A stretch of 64,000 bases of DNA from Laetmonice hystrix (lineage: Eukaryota). Positions 11,654-25,100 of this stretch are shown here, piece after piece. The stretch lies in contig OZ249436.1 in assembly GCA_965235115.1 (NCBI GenBank), positions 19,842,001-19,906,000 of the forward strand. The letters run 5' to 3'. Position 1 is the first letter of the stretch; every line of letters begins with the position of its first letter. The notes beneath the pieces were generated by a model. That model did not search any database. It saw nothing but the letters and a program-made list of their open reading frames with translations, and was not told the DNA's origin. The position numbers and the translations under genes were made by a program.

Positions 11654-14600
11654 ATGTCTCAGCATCAAGACAAAGCAAACGCTGCATTTTCGGAGAGAGA
11701 GGTTGATGAACAGCATCTTGAACATGGCCTACGGAATCGTACTGAAAATGAAAAGGAAGACCTAGCAGTAGCATTCCAAATAGGCATGGACGATGGAACG
11801 CTTGGATTTGGAGAATCAAAGGATTCAATACGTAGGTAGAGCTACTTGAAGTTTACAAGTGTAAGACATAGCCTTTTAGTCATTGTAGTATGGCATGATG
11901 ATTTAGATAGATCTAACGTTACTAACTTTTAGTTTTAGACGTCGTTAGAGACTAGATCTAACGTTAGATCTATTCTAGATTCTATCCTTATTTTTAGTCA
12001 AAGCTCCAGCATAAAAATTGCAGGATGACCCGTCAAACCCTTGCCTTGACCTTGGCCTTGGCCTTGCCCATGCCCTTGCCCTTGCCCTCGCTTGAAACGA
12101 GAGCCCTGAGTTTAAGAGCCTAGCCCTAGGGGGGGGGGGGGCAAGCTTGCCCCCCCCCCCCCGGACGTTTGCCCTTTGTTTGCTGAATCCGTTTCATATC
12201 TAGGTAGGCTCTAAATCTCCCTGGTAAAGTACAGAATAATTATTAGGCAACACTGTCACGTCATCGCTGAAAATATTGGGGGCTTAAGTTAAGCCCCCTA
12301 GCTCCCCCCCCCCCCCCGAATTACCGCGTTAGTCTAGACTAGGACCAGGCCTATACTATAGTGCCCCCCCCCCCCCCCAAATGGCTCTTTCTTTGGACAG
12401 TTTGGCGCCGCGACCACTGCCACTGGTACTTACGTAACTAGTCTAGGCCAGAGATCTTCCATTCTAGTACCACCATCTCTGTTTCTATTACTTAGGGGGA
12501 AACCATTAGATATTGAGGGGGCCCTGGGTGTTTTTGGAAATAATTATAAATAACTTGGGGTGGAAAATTGCTGAAATAAATAAATTCTCCCTGGTTATGC
12601 CCGAAATAACTAGACTCTGGAAATAAATCTCATGTGAAATCATTAAAATTTTGCCATGAGGGTTGGGAAAAAATTGAGGCAGTCCACTCTTTGAAATAAA
12701 ATAAAAATTCCCAAGAAAAGACCCAGCCCCCCCCCCCAATATCTAATGGTCGCCCCCTTACGCTAACAAGCTGAAAAATATCTGTTGTTGGACTAGAGCC
12801 CGGTCTCTCCAACACACTTTAAAAGTATCACTATGAGTGTCACTCAAATCGACTCAACTCTTGACACTAGAGTAGAGTCTAGTCTTGTATTTGATGTAGA
12901 TGTGAGTGACACTTCTAAGACTTAAGTTACAAGTTACTTGACATCTATAGGCGGATCCAGGGGGGGTGTCGGCGACGTCCGGACCCCCCCTCAAATTTGC
13001 CAAATTAATTTTTTTATAACCAAAATGCCTTATTGTTTTTACAACGGACCCCCTCCCCCCCCTCGATTTGCCCTTTTTATGCTGGACCCCCCTCGGACCC
13101 CCCCTGAATGTAGACCCTAGAACCGGGCCTGCCCTGATCTGGATAGTCTATTCTACTAGTCTAGTGTCTAGATCTATCTGGATATTAATTTCACTCATTA
13201 CGCCATTAGCGGCGGAACAGATCTATACTGAGAATAGACCTAACGTTTTGCCTATCTGCGGGAGTGCTTATTGCTATTGGGTAATGGCGGGGCGGGGGGC
13301 ACTTTCCGTAGCCGTAGCGTAGGGTAGTCAGTAGCGTACCCGGGGGGGGGGGGAGGGGTGGTGCTTGGGGTGCTCAAGCACCCCCCCCCCCCCTCAATTT
13401 CCCCCCAAAAATGTTTAAAGGTGAATGGGGGAACCACCTACAGCTCCCTCCCAATTTGTAGCGCGTATACGACGTTGGTTATTTCCAGCACCCCCCCCCC
13501 CCCCCTGGGTCCAGTTTCTGGGTACGCCACTGGTAGTGAAGACGTGATAGAGCCTATTAGAAAAGACCCCATCACTTTAGATCTAGATTTAGCTATTATT
13601 TTACTGAAAATCTGCAACAACTAGCTTGTACTTGTAGTCAGTGTAGCGTAAGAATACTAAGATGAAGATGTCTCATGTTTTGCAGCTGAAGAAGCTAAGG
13701 AAACCCTAGGAATGGAGTCAATGAAAATATCGGTTCCAGCATCGCAAACCGAAAGCCAGTTGGAGAGTAATGAAGTTTCCTACAGTGGCATGACCAGATG
13801 TCAAGCATTGAAAGAAAGAATTATAAATCGCATTGATTATTTGCTTGGACCATCCTCAACCAACCGCCACAGCTATGCCGTATTTAGAAGTACGCAAAGT
13901 ATGGCTGGTGAAAGGGCAAGACAGAAGCGACTGAATCGATTTATTGTTCATCCTTTCAGCAAATTCAGGTTTGCATTCAAGCATTCTGATTGGAACTCAT
14001 CCCTGCTTGGGGCTGGGGTGGGGCGGGGGATTACGTAGACTTGTTTGCTTGTAACTGCAATATGTCGGGGAACATCAGAAGTCACTTTGAAATTATATAA
14101 TATTGACACGGGGGGGGGGAGGCTATGCCCCTCACTTAAATTTTAGCAGAAAATAAAAATGAATTCTTATTTCCGTTGGATATTTTCCCCATTAAGTTAG
14201 TATGATAAGTACTTTCCAATTCCAAGTTAAACTTGCTGAACCATGTGGCAAACAAACAACAAAATAAATAGGGTTCCCTCAGGAATAATCTTGAGAATGA
14301 GGATTCTTTTTGGTTTTCTATTATTTAGTTTTGAAATGCGTTTGATGTTTCTTGTCGAACCTTGTAAGTCAAATTATAATTGGTTTCAGGGCTGTGTGGG
14401 ACGTGATCATGATGTTGATTCTTATTATAACAATAATAGTCTTGCCCGTTGAAGTTGCCTTCTACTCCAATGATCTGTGGAATATCAGCTGGAAGACCTT
14501 CAACTTGACGCTTGATACTATTTTTTTAATCGACATAATCATCAATCTGCGAACTGGTTTTGTGAGGCAAGAAAACGACGGGGTAAGTCACTTTAATTTG

Positions 14601-17600
14601 GCGTGCCGTGATTAAAATATTTCCTTTTGACATGTTCAATTTTTGACTGGCCCAAATAGAAGGTTCATCTCGGATTTTGAAACTCCAAGGTGTCTTTGCT
14701 TAAAGTAGTTAGAAACAAATTTAAGTCCAAACTCCAATAATTGACTAAGGTGGTTTAAAAGAGAGCGGTATATTTTCGTATAATTTGGATGGATAGTAAT
14801 TAATAAAATTATAAATAACAAACTACATTTACGGATCAGCCGTCATCCGTGCCTGATGATCTTGAATAATCTGTCTTTGTTTATTATATTTCTTTCTCCC
14901 TCAGAACTTAGGAAGATGTTGAATATTGCAGGTGGTCCTCGACAACAGGGCAATCATCAAACACTACCTGAAGTCTTGGTTCCTGATCGACTTCATTGCC
15001 TCTGTTCCCTTTGATTACATTATCCTGAGCGCCACAAGCTCCACAACATCCATCGACGCTGTCAAACTGGCAAGCACACTGAGAGCGCTGAGGTTGACCT
15101 TTGCCTTTACTTTCGTTAAATTTATTCGTGTAGAATTGATGACATTTCAACTCCCGGATCTAGAGGTCAAATCCGGGATGAAGAGCGGAGATTCGTTCCA
15201 GTGCAATCTTATTCGTACCTAGAATCTGTGTTTTATTAGGAACTTAAATCAAATGCAAATCACTTTCATTTAGGTTAATAAAGCTTGTCAGTCTGTTGCG
15301 TATTCTTCGCCTGGTCCGTCTCGTTCGTTATATGGAAAAGATCAGAGAGGTAAGACAGATTTGAAATATTAGTACTACTGTAGTGTACTGCTCTGTAACT
15401 CGGTTCTTTACATGCCGTATCGCGCCGTAAAATTTCGCACATAGATCTATATGTCTTACCTGAATATGTCTTATCTGAAGTTATCATAACAAATATCGAC
15501 AACATACAGAACTGTACATCTATAATATGATCTTGGTCTTGGAGTCTTCCTATATTCTTTGGCTCTTTGCAGATGTTGAATGTGGGCGCCAAGTTCGTCA
15601 GCATTGTAAAACTTATCGTGCTGATTTTCGTATTCGCTCACTGGAATGGCTGTATACAGTATCTTGTTGCCTACATCGAGGGTTTCCCGGAGACATCGTG
15701 GGTGTATCGAGCAAACCTCCATGTGAGCATGCATGTCTCGGCCTACTTTCTTTTCTCCGTTTTAACCTAGGCCTGAGTCCTTGCCTGTGTACGGAGCCCT
15801 GTTGGGGACATGAAGAAGAAAAAAAATCGCTTCAGTGAAATTATTTTGTGGTGATCTCGTAATTCCCACTTAATGACGTTATTAACTCGTTATTACGACT
15901 TAATGACGTCACCAAGTCGTTATTACGAGTTAATCGCGTTCTTTTCAGAGAAAGAATTTTGTGATGATTTCGTAATAATGATTTAGTGACGTCATTAAGT
16001 GGTAATAACGAGTTAAAGACGTCACGACGTCGTTATCATTAAGCCGTAATAAACCGTTAATGACGTCACTATAAGTGGTAATTTTACGAGATCACCACAC
16101 ATTTTTTTCCCTGAAAGGAGTGCGTAATAACGACTTAGTGACATCATTGACTCGTAATAACGAGTTGATGACGTCACTAAATGGTCATTGCGAGATCACC
16201 ACCAAGTTTTTTCTCTGAAACGAATTTGATTTTCTTCATGCCCCAAAAGGGCTATTTACCTGTGTCGTGTGTTTGCCGTGACTGATAAGGAGGGCCGTAC
16301 CTAAGGAGGAACAGCCCCCCCCCCCCCCCCCCCAGTAATCATGGTGAATAAGTGCTTTTTACGAGCAGGTACTGTAATTTTTAATGGTGTGAACTCGTGA
16401 TCAGGGTGCCTTTCTGAGCCTAGCCCCCCCCCCCCTCCCCTCGGCAATTTTAGGCTCCGTCCGGCCCTGATAAGGCCGTACGTAAGAAACAACTGTGACA
16501 ATATAAGTATATTTTCAGCATCCCAATGAGACCCAGTGGGCTAGATACGCACACTCTCTGTATCGCAGTATGTCCCATATGATTAGCATTGGATATGGCT
16601 GGTCGCCTCCACACGGTACGTCTGAAATCGTGATGACTATATGTTCAATGATGACTGGAGCGTCCTTCTACGCGCTATTCATCGCACATATATCGGCCAT
16701 CGTCATGAGCATGGATACATCAGGCAGACATTATGAAGAAAGGGTATGTGTTGATCCATGTCAAGGAGAGGACCCCCCCCCCCCCCCGTACACTTAACTG
16801 TAATATTAGAATATTCCGCCAACAACATGCGGACAGTTGCATGTATACGTCTAAATTATCAGAACTTTTATGTCTGTAAAGATTCCGTTTTAATTCCGTC
16901 AGGTATGTGAGGTGAAGGATTACATGCGTTATCGCCAACTTCCACCTGCCCTGCAAAAACGAGTTCTAGACTACTACGAATACAAATATCAGCACAAGTA
17001 CTTCGATGAACACTCCATTTTGAACGAAAGACACATGTCATATCCACTCAGGAAGGTATTTCACAGTACCGTCTGACCATATAACTTGATGTTCTATTTG
17101 GAGGGCTTACTCAGGCGTGAAGACCATTGCAGAGTTTAGATGACAGACTGGAAGAATTATAAGATAAGAGCATATGGGTGCCGTGCCGCGATCAATAGGC
17201 CTACTATACTAGTACTATACTTGCTAATGGGGGCAACAGACTAATGTAAAGTAGCACAGGAGAGCAAAACTTAAATAGAATTCTGACAGTAGGATTTTGT
17301 CTGAATATAGGCCTTTTGTAGAGGTTCAACCGTTTCATCATCACCACAGGACATTCTGATGCACAACTGCCGCAGCCTGGTGCAGAGCGTACCGTTCCTC
17401 ACGAACGCCCCCTCAGAGTTCCTTGTGGAGATAATCCTCAAGCTTCATATGCACGTATATTTCCCCGGTGATGTGATCGTCCAGGCGGGTACGGCATACT
17501 GTGTGTACTTTATAACATGGTCAATCCCTCATAGCACCACTTGAAATCAAGTGGTTTGAAAGGCATCATAATTATTGAAAATCTCAATTGGAAAAATTGA

Positions 17601-18900
17601 AGGGTGTCCATAACCTTATATACTGGATTATATTCTGAAAAAACCTTTAATTTGACACGGGGACACGGAAAACAGAATATTATGGTTGCAGGAAAGAAAG
17701 GCGATGGGATGTATTTTATCGAACATGGAGCTGTCAACGTTATACTGCCTTCGGGAGAAATTGTTAACGTACTACGAGATGGATCACACTTTGGCGGTGA
17801 GTAACGCTAGATCTACAGAATTCTTTCAAAACAGTTTCTTTTGGAAAGTTCCGATGCCCATAAGAATATTAGACCGTTTCTATTGAAGTATATACTGAAC
17901 AGCAATGAATCCCATAGGTCCAAATGTATATTTAATATATATTTTCATCACTAGTAGGATGAACAGGAATGTTGTGGTCTGAGTAGTATATTACCCCAAG
18001 CCAGGATCACACGTCTGGTTTCTTGTCAAACATCCAATGTGACTCTTCCTTTCAAATGAATTTGAGCTGCTGCTATATTTTCAGCCTATGCGTTTTCATT
18101 GCCGTTCAGTAACAAGGTTGAATTCTTTGTGATTGATAATGGCGTACCAACGTTTTTATTGCATATGACCACCATCTTGAAATTTCTTCAATCAAACAGA
18201 AACTACATGTATATGTGCCTTTTTGGACTACTATCCCCATTGAGTCAATAAACTAATCTAATCTAATTTAATCTATAAAAGAGGCTACATATTTTCAGAA
18301 ATTGCTCTGCTCTTCAAAGAACGTCGTGTAGCAAGTGTCATTACGAAAGAGGTGTGCTACATTTATCGATTGTCAAAGAGTGATTTTGATGAGGTCCTGG
18401 CAGAGTATCCAAAAATGAGACAAGTTATGATCAACGTGGCAAAGAAGCGTCTCGGAGAGACGAAGAAGAAACTCGGCATGCACGCTGAGTAAGTACAATT
18501 CTCACGAATTGATGCCCAGTAAAGAGTGAGTGCCAACAATATCGCACCTGCTTTTCTGTTTGTACAGGAGAAGATTTGTTATGAAAATATGATTATGTGG
18601 GTTTTTTTTTTTTTCAGTTCAAAGCCAAAGTTTAGGAGACACCATAGGGCTGCTAACGAGTCAGCTGAACAAACTCAGAATGATCCAAATCTGGAGGATT
18701 CGTCCGATTCCTTTGACTATGGCGAAGATGCTCTTGGCCTTGACGGTCCTAAAGGTGGCGATTGGAGCAACAACAACAACGTCAACAACAGCACAAACAA
18801 TAATGCGAACAGAACGGTAACCTCAGAAATGGAGATGGTTGGCATTCCACCATTGCTCCTGGATGGTTTTCTACGGCGGAGACAACCTTTTACGGAATAA
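11654..18900 (+). CDS. HCN-like (hyperpolarization-activated cyclic-nucleotide-gated) cation channel, about 711 aa, 12 coding exons
   Basis: GT-AG exons join in frame: 11654-11831, 13686-13968, 14390-14582, 14932-15092, 15274-15349, 15573-15722, 16519-16743, 16903-17055, 17350-17488, 17692-17796, 18299-18488, 18618-18900. Motifs: IVHPFSKFR..WD (HCN domain/S1), S4 LRALRLIKLVSLLRILRLVRLVRY, HWNGCIQY (S5), pore SHMISIGYG, C-linker YMRYRQLP..LQKRV.DYYE, CNBD FGEIALL..RRVASV. Exon 1 is the least certain. Confidence 0.92.
15788..16260. mobile_element. MITE in HCN intron 6 with internal TAATGACGTCA-type repeats
   Basis: Imperfect inverted ends (GCCCTGTTGGGGACATGAAGAA... / ...TTCTTCATGCCCCAAAAGGGC) plus inverted GTGGTGATCTCG / CGAGATCACCAC. 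Confidence 0.65.
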
Positions 18901-20052
18901 TGTAATGAGAATGAATCATCAATGATTTTCAACTTGCATCTACACAATTCAAACAGAATTGAAAAAGAATGAAAAAATGAAAAAGCAAAGGACACAGCCG
19001 TAGTCAAAGGAAAACAATTGTCACGGAAAAATTCCTTTCGCATTCTCTCAGTTTATTGTAAGATTGAATGGCGTCTGCAACTTAAATATATATGTTTGGT
19101 CCATTTATATACCAAAGGAAAGTGAAGCGATAATAGCCTATCATGACATCCTTGGTAAACGCCGGAGAAATAACAGCAGAAAGGTATAGACTTTAGATCT
19201 CTGTCAAAAAATAAGTGGAAACAAAATGCACCTAGATTTGGAAATACTGTATGTAGGGGAAAACGTATTGTTGAAACTGTAGTTATAAAATGTTCCGTAA
19301 ATGACGTTTAACTGATGAGGAGAAACGTTAGCTAGTTCAGGTTTTTAATGCAATCGGCATTTGCAATCAGATCATTCGTTAGTAAGATTCAAGTTGTTAG
19401 TTCGCGGGTTGAACTAGACTATGGTGTTAGTGTTTATTTGTAACTTATCTGTAATAAGGCTTCAGCTGCCATAAAAATGTACAAACGTTTCACATGTTAT
19501 TAATATGGTAATTAACAGACGATTAGAAAAAAAGCTAAATTAGCGGGAATGTACTTCACAGAGCAATAAACGAGTTTACAATTTGATACATTCCTTACTG
19601 CGATGAGAGAGACACAGAGTGGGAGACAGATATAGACAGAGAGAGAGTGGGAGACAGGTGTAGACAGAGACAGAGAGATAGTGGGAGACAGGTATAGACA
19701 GAGACAGAGAGATGCTTGCTACTCGGGTGAGAAACACCAGCGATTTGGTAACAGTCGCTTTTTGAAAGCGATGACATTCATATCGCAATATGTCTGTATT
19801 CCGTGGCTGCCTCCAGACAAGCCTCCCGCCTCCTGCCACCAATTCCTCCCTTGGTCCTCCGTCTGTATTCCGTGGCTTCCTGCCTCCAGACAAGCCTCCC
19901 GCCTCCTCCCACCAACACACATTCCTCCCTTTCTCCTCTCTGACAGAGACCTTGTGTCCTTGTAGGGCCTGATCACAGTCCTCTCTAGCCGTAATAAAAA
20001 CATACACGCAGCACACCACAAGACGTCGGAACCAATTAATAGAGCAGAGCTT

Positions 20053-20476
<424 letters not shown>

Positions 20477-22152
20477 TTGCTGACTTTCATTTTCTCCAGT
20501 AATTTATAAACTATCATTATAAGTCGATAGAAAAGGAGGTGAGGCGCAGTGCTGGGATATATTACGGTAACATTAGTTACGTTTTAATTTCACAAATGTA
20601 CATTTCATTCATTTTCAGCAAATGTAGGTCTATAAGGCTGTTTGGACCTGCTGAAGATTATAGTTCATGCACTGGGCTTTTGCCTTTGTGCCACAAGGTG
20701 AAAGAAAATGAAGGAAAGGAAAGCTTTAAATCGAGAATGTCTTCATTTCGTCAAGGCAATCCATTATGAATATTTATATATTTTCCGAAAAGGGCATTCC
20801 TTCATATTTTTCCATGTAGTAATGGATACAAGTCAATGTAGCTGAGAAAAATTATCACAAAGAACTCTGTTTAGCAGAAAGGTAACATTTAACAATAATT
20901 TAGCAGCACACAATATTTACAGTATAATAAACATAATATGTACACGTCTCGAAATTATATCAATACGACATATATTATGTTTTTGAAGCGCAAACGATGT
21001 GCTCGACTATATTAAATGTTGATCACATCTCAGTAGCCTAGGGTCAATGTTAACTAATATCTATCGTACAAAATATATACATATCACGATAAACGTTACC
21101 GTGGCAATTTTATGAATATCATTGACTTCACATGCATCCACTTGTTGGACACGTTAATCAAGCAAATTACAGGCCTTTCTCTAGTACTGACTACTGTGTA
21201 TACAATGACAATTCGCAATGACAGTAGGCCTAATCCAACAAACTTTGTCGTAAACGAGGCTTCATACAGTGCGATTTAGTTAAACAGTAACTTGAGTAAG
21301 AATTGGTCAATAGGTCTATGCATGATTCATTTAACACATCTACATGTAATTAGGCACCAGACATGCTTAAACGTCAGACCTGAGAGAGGTGTACCTGTAA
21401 CCAACGACTCGTATCTGTAAAATCATTAGGCCTAAAATTATACGGACATCTGGGTCCTGACATTGTGGACACCTCAATTTGTATTAACCTAAATATAGAA
21501 TAGAAACAGTGCATTTACCGACAATGTTGGTCCGATCATTATTAGAAAACTGGAATAAGAGTAAGAACTGGGACACATTCGAAAATAACCCATAAAACTA
21601 CTACATTTCTATGAAAGCTATAAACTGTGTCTTTGAAGACACGTCGACAATATGTCGAAAGAAATGGTATTGCCCTCAGCAATCAACACAGCTTGGCTCT
21701 AACAAAACAAACTCTACACCATTTATTACATCATAAAACATGTACAGTTAACTTTGGTTCATTATAGCAGATTAACGTCCACCATGTGGGTTGGTGTTTG
21801 GTTTTCTTCTTGTTTCACTCTGACCTTCCGACCGTCTGACAAGGAATGACTATAGATAAGGAACGAAGTGTACAGATCATGTCAGTCTTCGTTATCAGAC
21901 ATGACTGCCGTATTGCATGGCTGACGGTTTACGCTCAATGCACTAATCCCTTCATCCATAATTTTACACGTACATCATGTCCGCGCCGATAACGCATTCA
22001 TTTTCAGCTGATAAACATTGTATCCTGTGCCCGATTACTTTGACCATATAAGCCTATAAGTAGGCCTGACAGGACTGCGATGTGGTCACCACATAAATTC
22101 TTGAATCATTTAAACTCAGTTTAGTTTAATTAGCCTACCACCATTCGCTCTT

Positions 22153-25100
22153 TCATATTGGGGCCACCTGGTTCACGTTTGGTTTCAACTCTTCCATCAG
22201 CTTCAACTTCTCCTGCAAACAATAATCTTCAAAATAACACTTCCGAATTTTTAGACCAAGGCGACTTTTTTTTCTTGATTTTTTTTTCACGACGATACTG
22301 TTTGGTGTAGGACTATGGTATATAACTAAATAGATAAGAAGATCTGATCTAAGCCAATAACGAACCTTTTGTTTGGCGTCCATCTTGTTGTATTCTCTCC
22401 AACGCCGTGCCACCTGAGGCAAACAAAGCAATAATTGAGCCTGAAAACTTCTGTTTTATAGCTTCGTTGTTAACCTGCACTTTAAATTTATAGATGTAGT
22501 GTTTCCCTATGTCCTTTTAGTCAACACAGTAATGAAAGCTTCTTGGAGAACAATCAAATGTGCAGTATTCAATGAAGCATCAAAACCTCACTTACCAAGC
22601 ATCGACTCCAGGTGAAAAATGTTACATTAAACGCAAGATACATGCCACCAAGAATGACAAAAGCGTATATATCAGCCCTCCTGGCCATTGCGATATCATA
22701 GGCCAGCAACGGAACTATTGCATGCCACACGCAGACGAGACATAAGATGCCCATCGAACTCAATATATATTTATCCTGGAAAGAAAAAAATCGAGTTGCT
22801 GAATACTGTCTTTTTGATGGGTGTAACTTCTTTCAATAATCAACTAAGCCTATATAGAGAGGTAATTAGCTTACTTTTTCTATGTAGCCAGTGGCGGACC
22901 CCTGGGAGAGAACCTTTTTGAGCATTTGATTTGTGTCCCAGATGCCAGGAAAACGCATATTTGGCACTTTACTTTTTTTGGGGGGTGGACCCCTAGACCC
23001 CCGCTAAAGGCTTTGGCGCTCACATGGGGGGGGGGGGCTACCCCCTCCCGTCAAGAAATCCTGGATCCGCCCCTGGTAGCGGTATACCGGCAATAGACCT
23101 AGACTTTTAAAGATGAACAAACTTACCAGGTACGTCAGGTAAGAGACCTTGGGCAAGGTTTGGTTGACGGTAAACTTAAAGGTGATGTTTGACAAGAGTA
23201 AGATGAATGTGAGCTGGATCCTGTTTTCTGGCTTGCCGAGATTTACCGAGAACGTCGCGAATACAAGTGTGCATATGAATATCTATATGAAACAGATGAG
23301 AAGAAAATTATTTCGAACACATGATATAGGAAGGTTATCAGAAAGAAACTAGCAAAATGAATAGTAGGTCTAGCCAAATGAATAAGCCCTCAACATATTT
23401 ATGTTTTATAGCTTATTATTTTACCTGTATACAAATGCAAGATTCCTTTTTGACATAATTGAAGTGACCTTGTTTAGGCAAGGATTAAAGTGATGTGACC
23501 TTGTTTAGGCAAGGATTAAAGTGATGTGACCTTGTTTAGGCAAGGATTAAAGTGATTTGGCCTTGTTTAGGCAAGGATTAAAGTGATGTGACCTTGTTTA
23601 GGCAAGGATTAAAGTGATGTGACCTTGTTTAGGCAAGGATTAAAGTGATGTGACCTTGTTTAGGCAAGGATTAAAGTGATGTGACCTTGTTTAGGCAAGG
23701 ATTAAAGTGATGTGACCTTGTTTAGGCAAGGATTAAAGTGATGTGACCTTGTTTAGGCAAGAATTAAAGGTATAAAGAAGACGACAGGCCTATTCCTAAC
23801 ATACCATGACAAGTATGATATTCCAGAAGAAGAACTGTGAACGACGAGTCGCCTTACAGGAGATAGACACCGCCGGGTGTTTATGTTTACTGTTTTGGTA
23901 CACGTTGGTCGTTACCTGTAGTAATGACAAAACGTGCATGAAGGCCCATTATCTTCACTTCCTTCTCTAGTAGGCATATAAGTCAAATTTGGTGACCTTG
24001 ACAAAGACGAGGTCTCGTGGAAAGTGATAGATTATAGCGTCGTTTCTGTTAAGAACTTTGCACCCCTGTTGCTTAATCAGCTCAAATAAGCTTAAACAAA
24101 TATCCAACACAGGATTCATTTATAAGGTTATAGTTTCTATTATCAACGTGGCAGCGCTGCGAGGGGAGGTGGTCTCACGAAGGGATGATGTCGATATCGA
24201 CAGAATTAGGGGGAATACAAATGTATAATTATAGGGTGAGGCGTGAGGGCTATGGGCGCCATAGCCCCCGTCCAAATCCGAATCATGCACCTTCAAAGCC
24301 TATACTTTCGAGCTACATGTACATTCCAGGGTGCGCCTATGAGCTGTAAAGGTTTTACAAACCCGTGTCCAGGTATTGATGTGTTTGTGAAGATGCCATT
24401 CCTGCTCGTCCACAAACGACTGTATGTTGACGGAGGATACCTCACTGTCGTCAGCCTTCAGGTCCACCTCCTGCTCTCCTCGCTCGGTTGTAATCGTCAA
24501 CGTCAAATCCTACCGACAAAGTTGTAAGTATAACTGTACACTGGGGGTGGAGCGTAAGAGTAAGAAATTATATCCCAACGATAATATTCACTTGCAGGAC
24601 GTTGATGAAGTAACCAGAACAGGACAATAAAGGTAAACGAAGACTTTGTTTTAATCTGAAGGATGACATCAGAATGATGGTTACCTGAGTATCGAACGGG
24701 TATTGCATGAGCTCCATCCGTTCGAAGAACGTTCCTTTGACACGACGTCTTTGGTACACCGTGGCCTCCCCCTTTTCATTATAGGACACGATTTGCCACG
24801 CTGATTCCTTGGGTTCTCCCATAGCATTTTCTATGTACAACTTTGGGTCCCAGAAAACGTCTTTTGCACAAAGTTCAAACTGTGTGTTCTAAAATAACAA
24901 CAGAATAAATAGCCTATGCGTTTCATCATTTAAAGTAGCATTTAAAGTAGTCCTACCTATATGGACTGTCTCCAATCGGGATTTAAATTAAAGCGGAAAT
25001 CTTTGAAATACGAAAATATCTTTCCAGGCTTGTCGCTCGTGGGAGTAGATCTTCAAAATTGGGATTTTCAAGCAAAATCGGGATAATCCCAACGAAAATG

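Noticed and set aside
5969..13532. Numerous Pro/Gly-rich short ORFs
   Set aside because: They are caused by G/C homopolymer tracts in small repeat elements (e.g. CAGTAGCGTACCC...GGGTACGCCACTG at about 13329-13532).
22213..22365. 92-aa ORF suggesting a longer final pLGIC exon
   Set aside because: It contains a good GT...TTTGCAG intron (153 nt) that happens to be open in frame. Retention is possible but unsupported.
23462..23769. 31-bp repeats with an internal hairpin (CCTTG..CAAGG) resembling a CRISPR array
   Set aside because: The units are head-to-tail with no unique spacers, lie in a eukaryotic intron, and no cas genes are present. It is a minisatellite.
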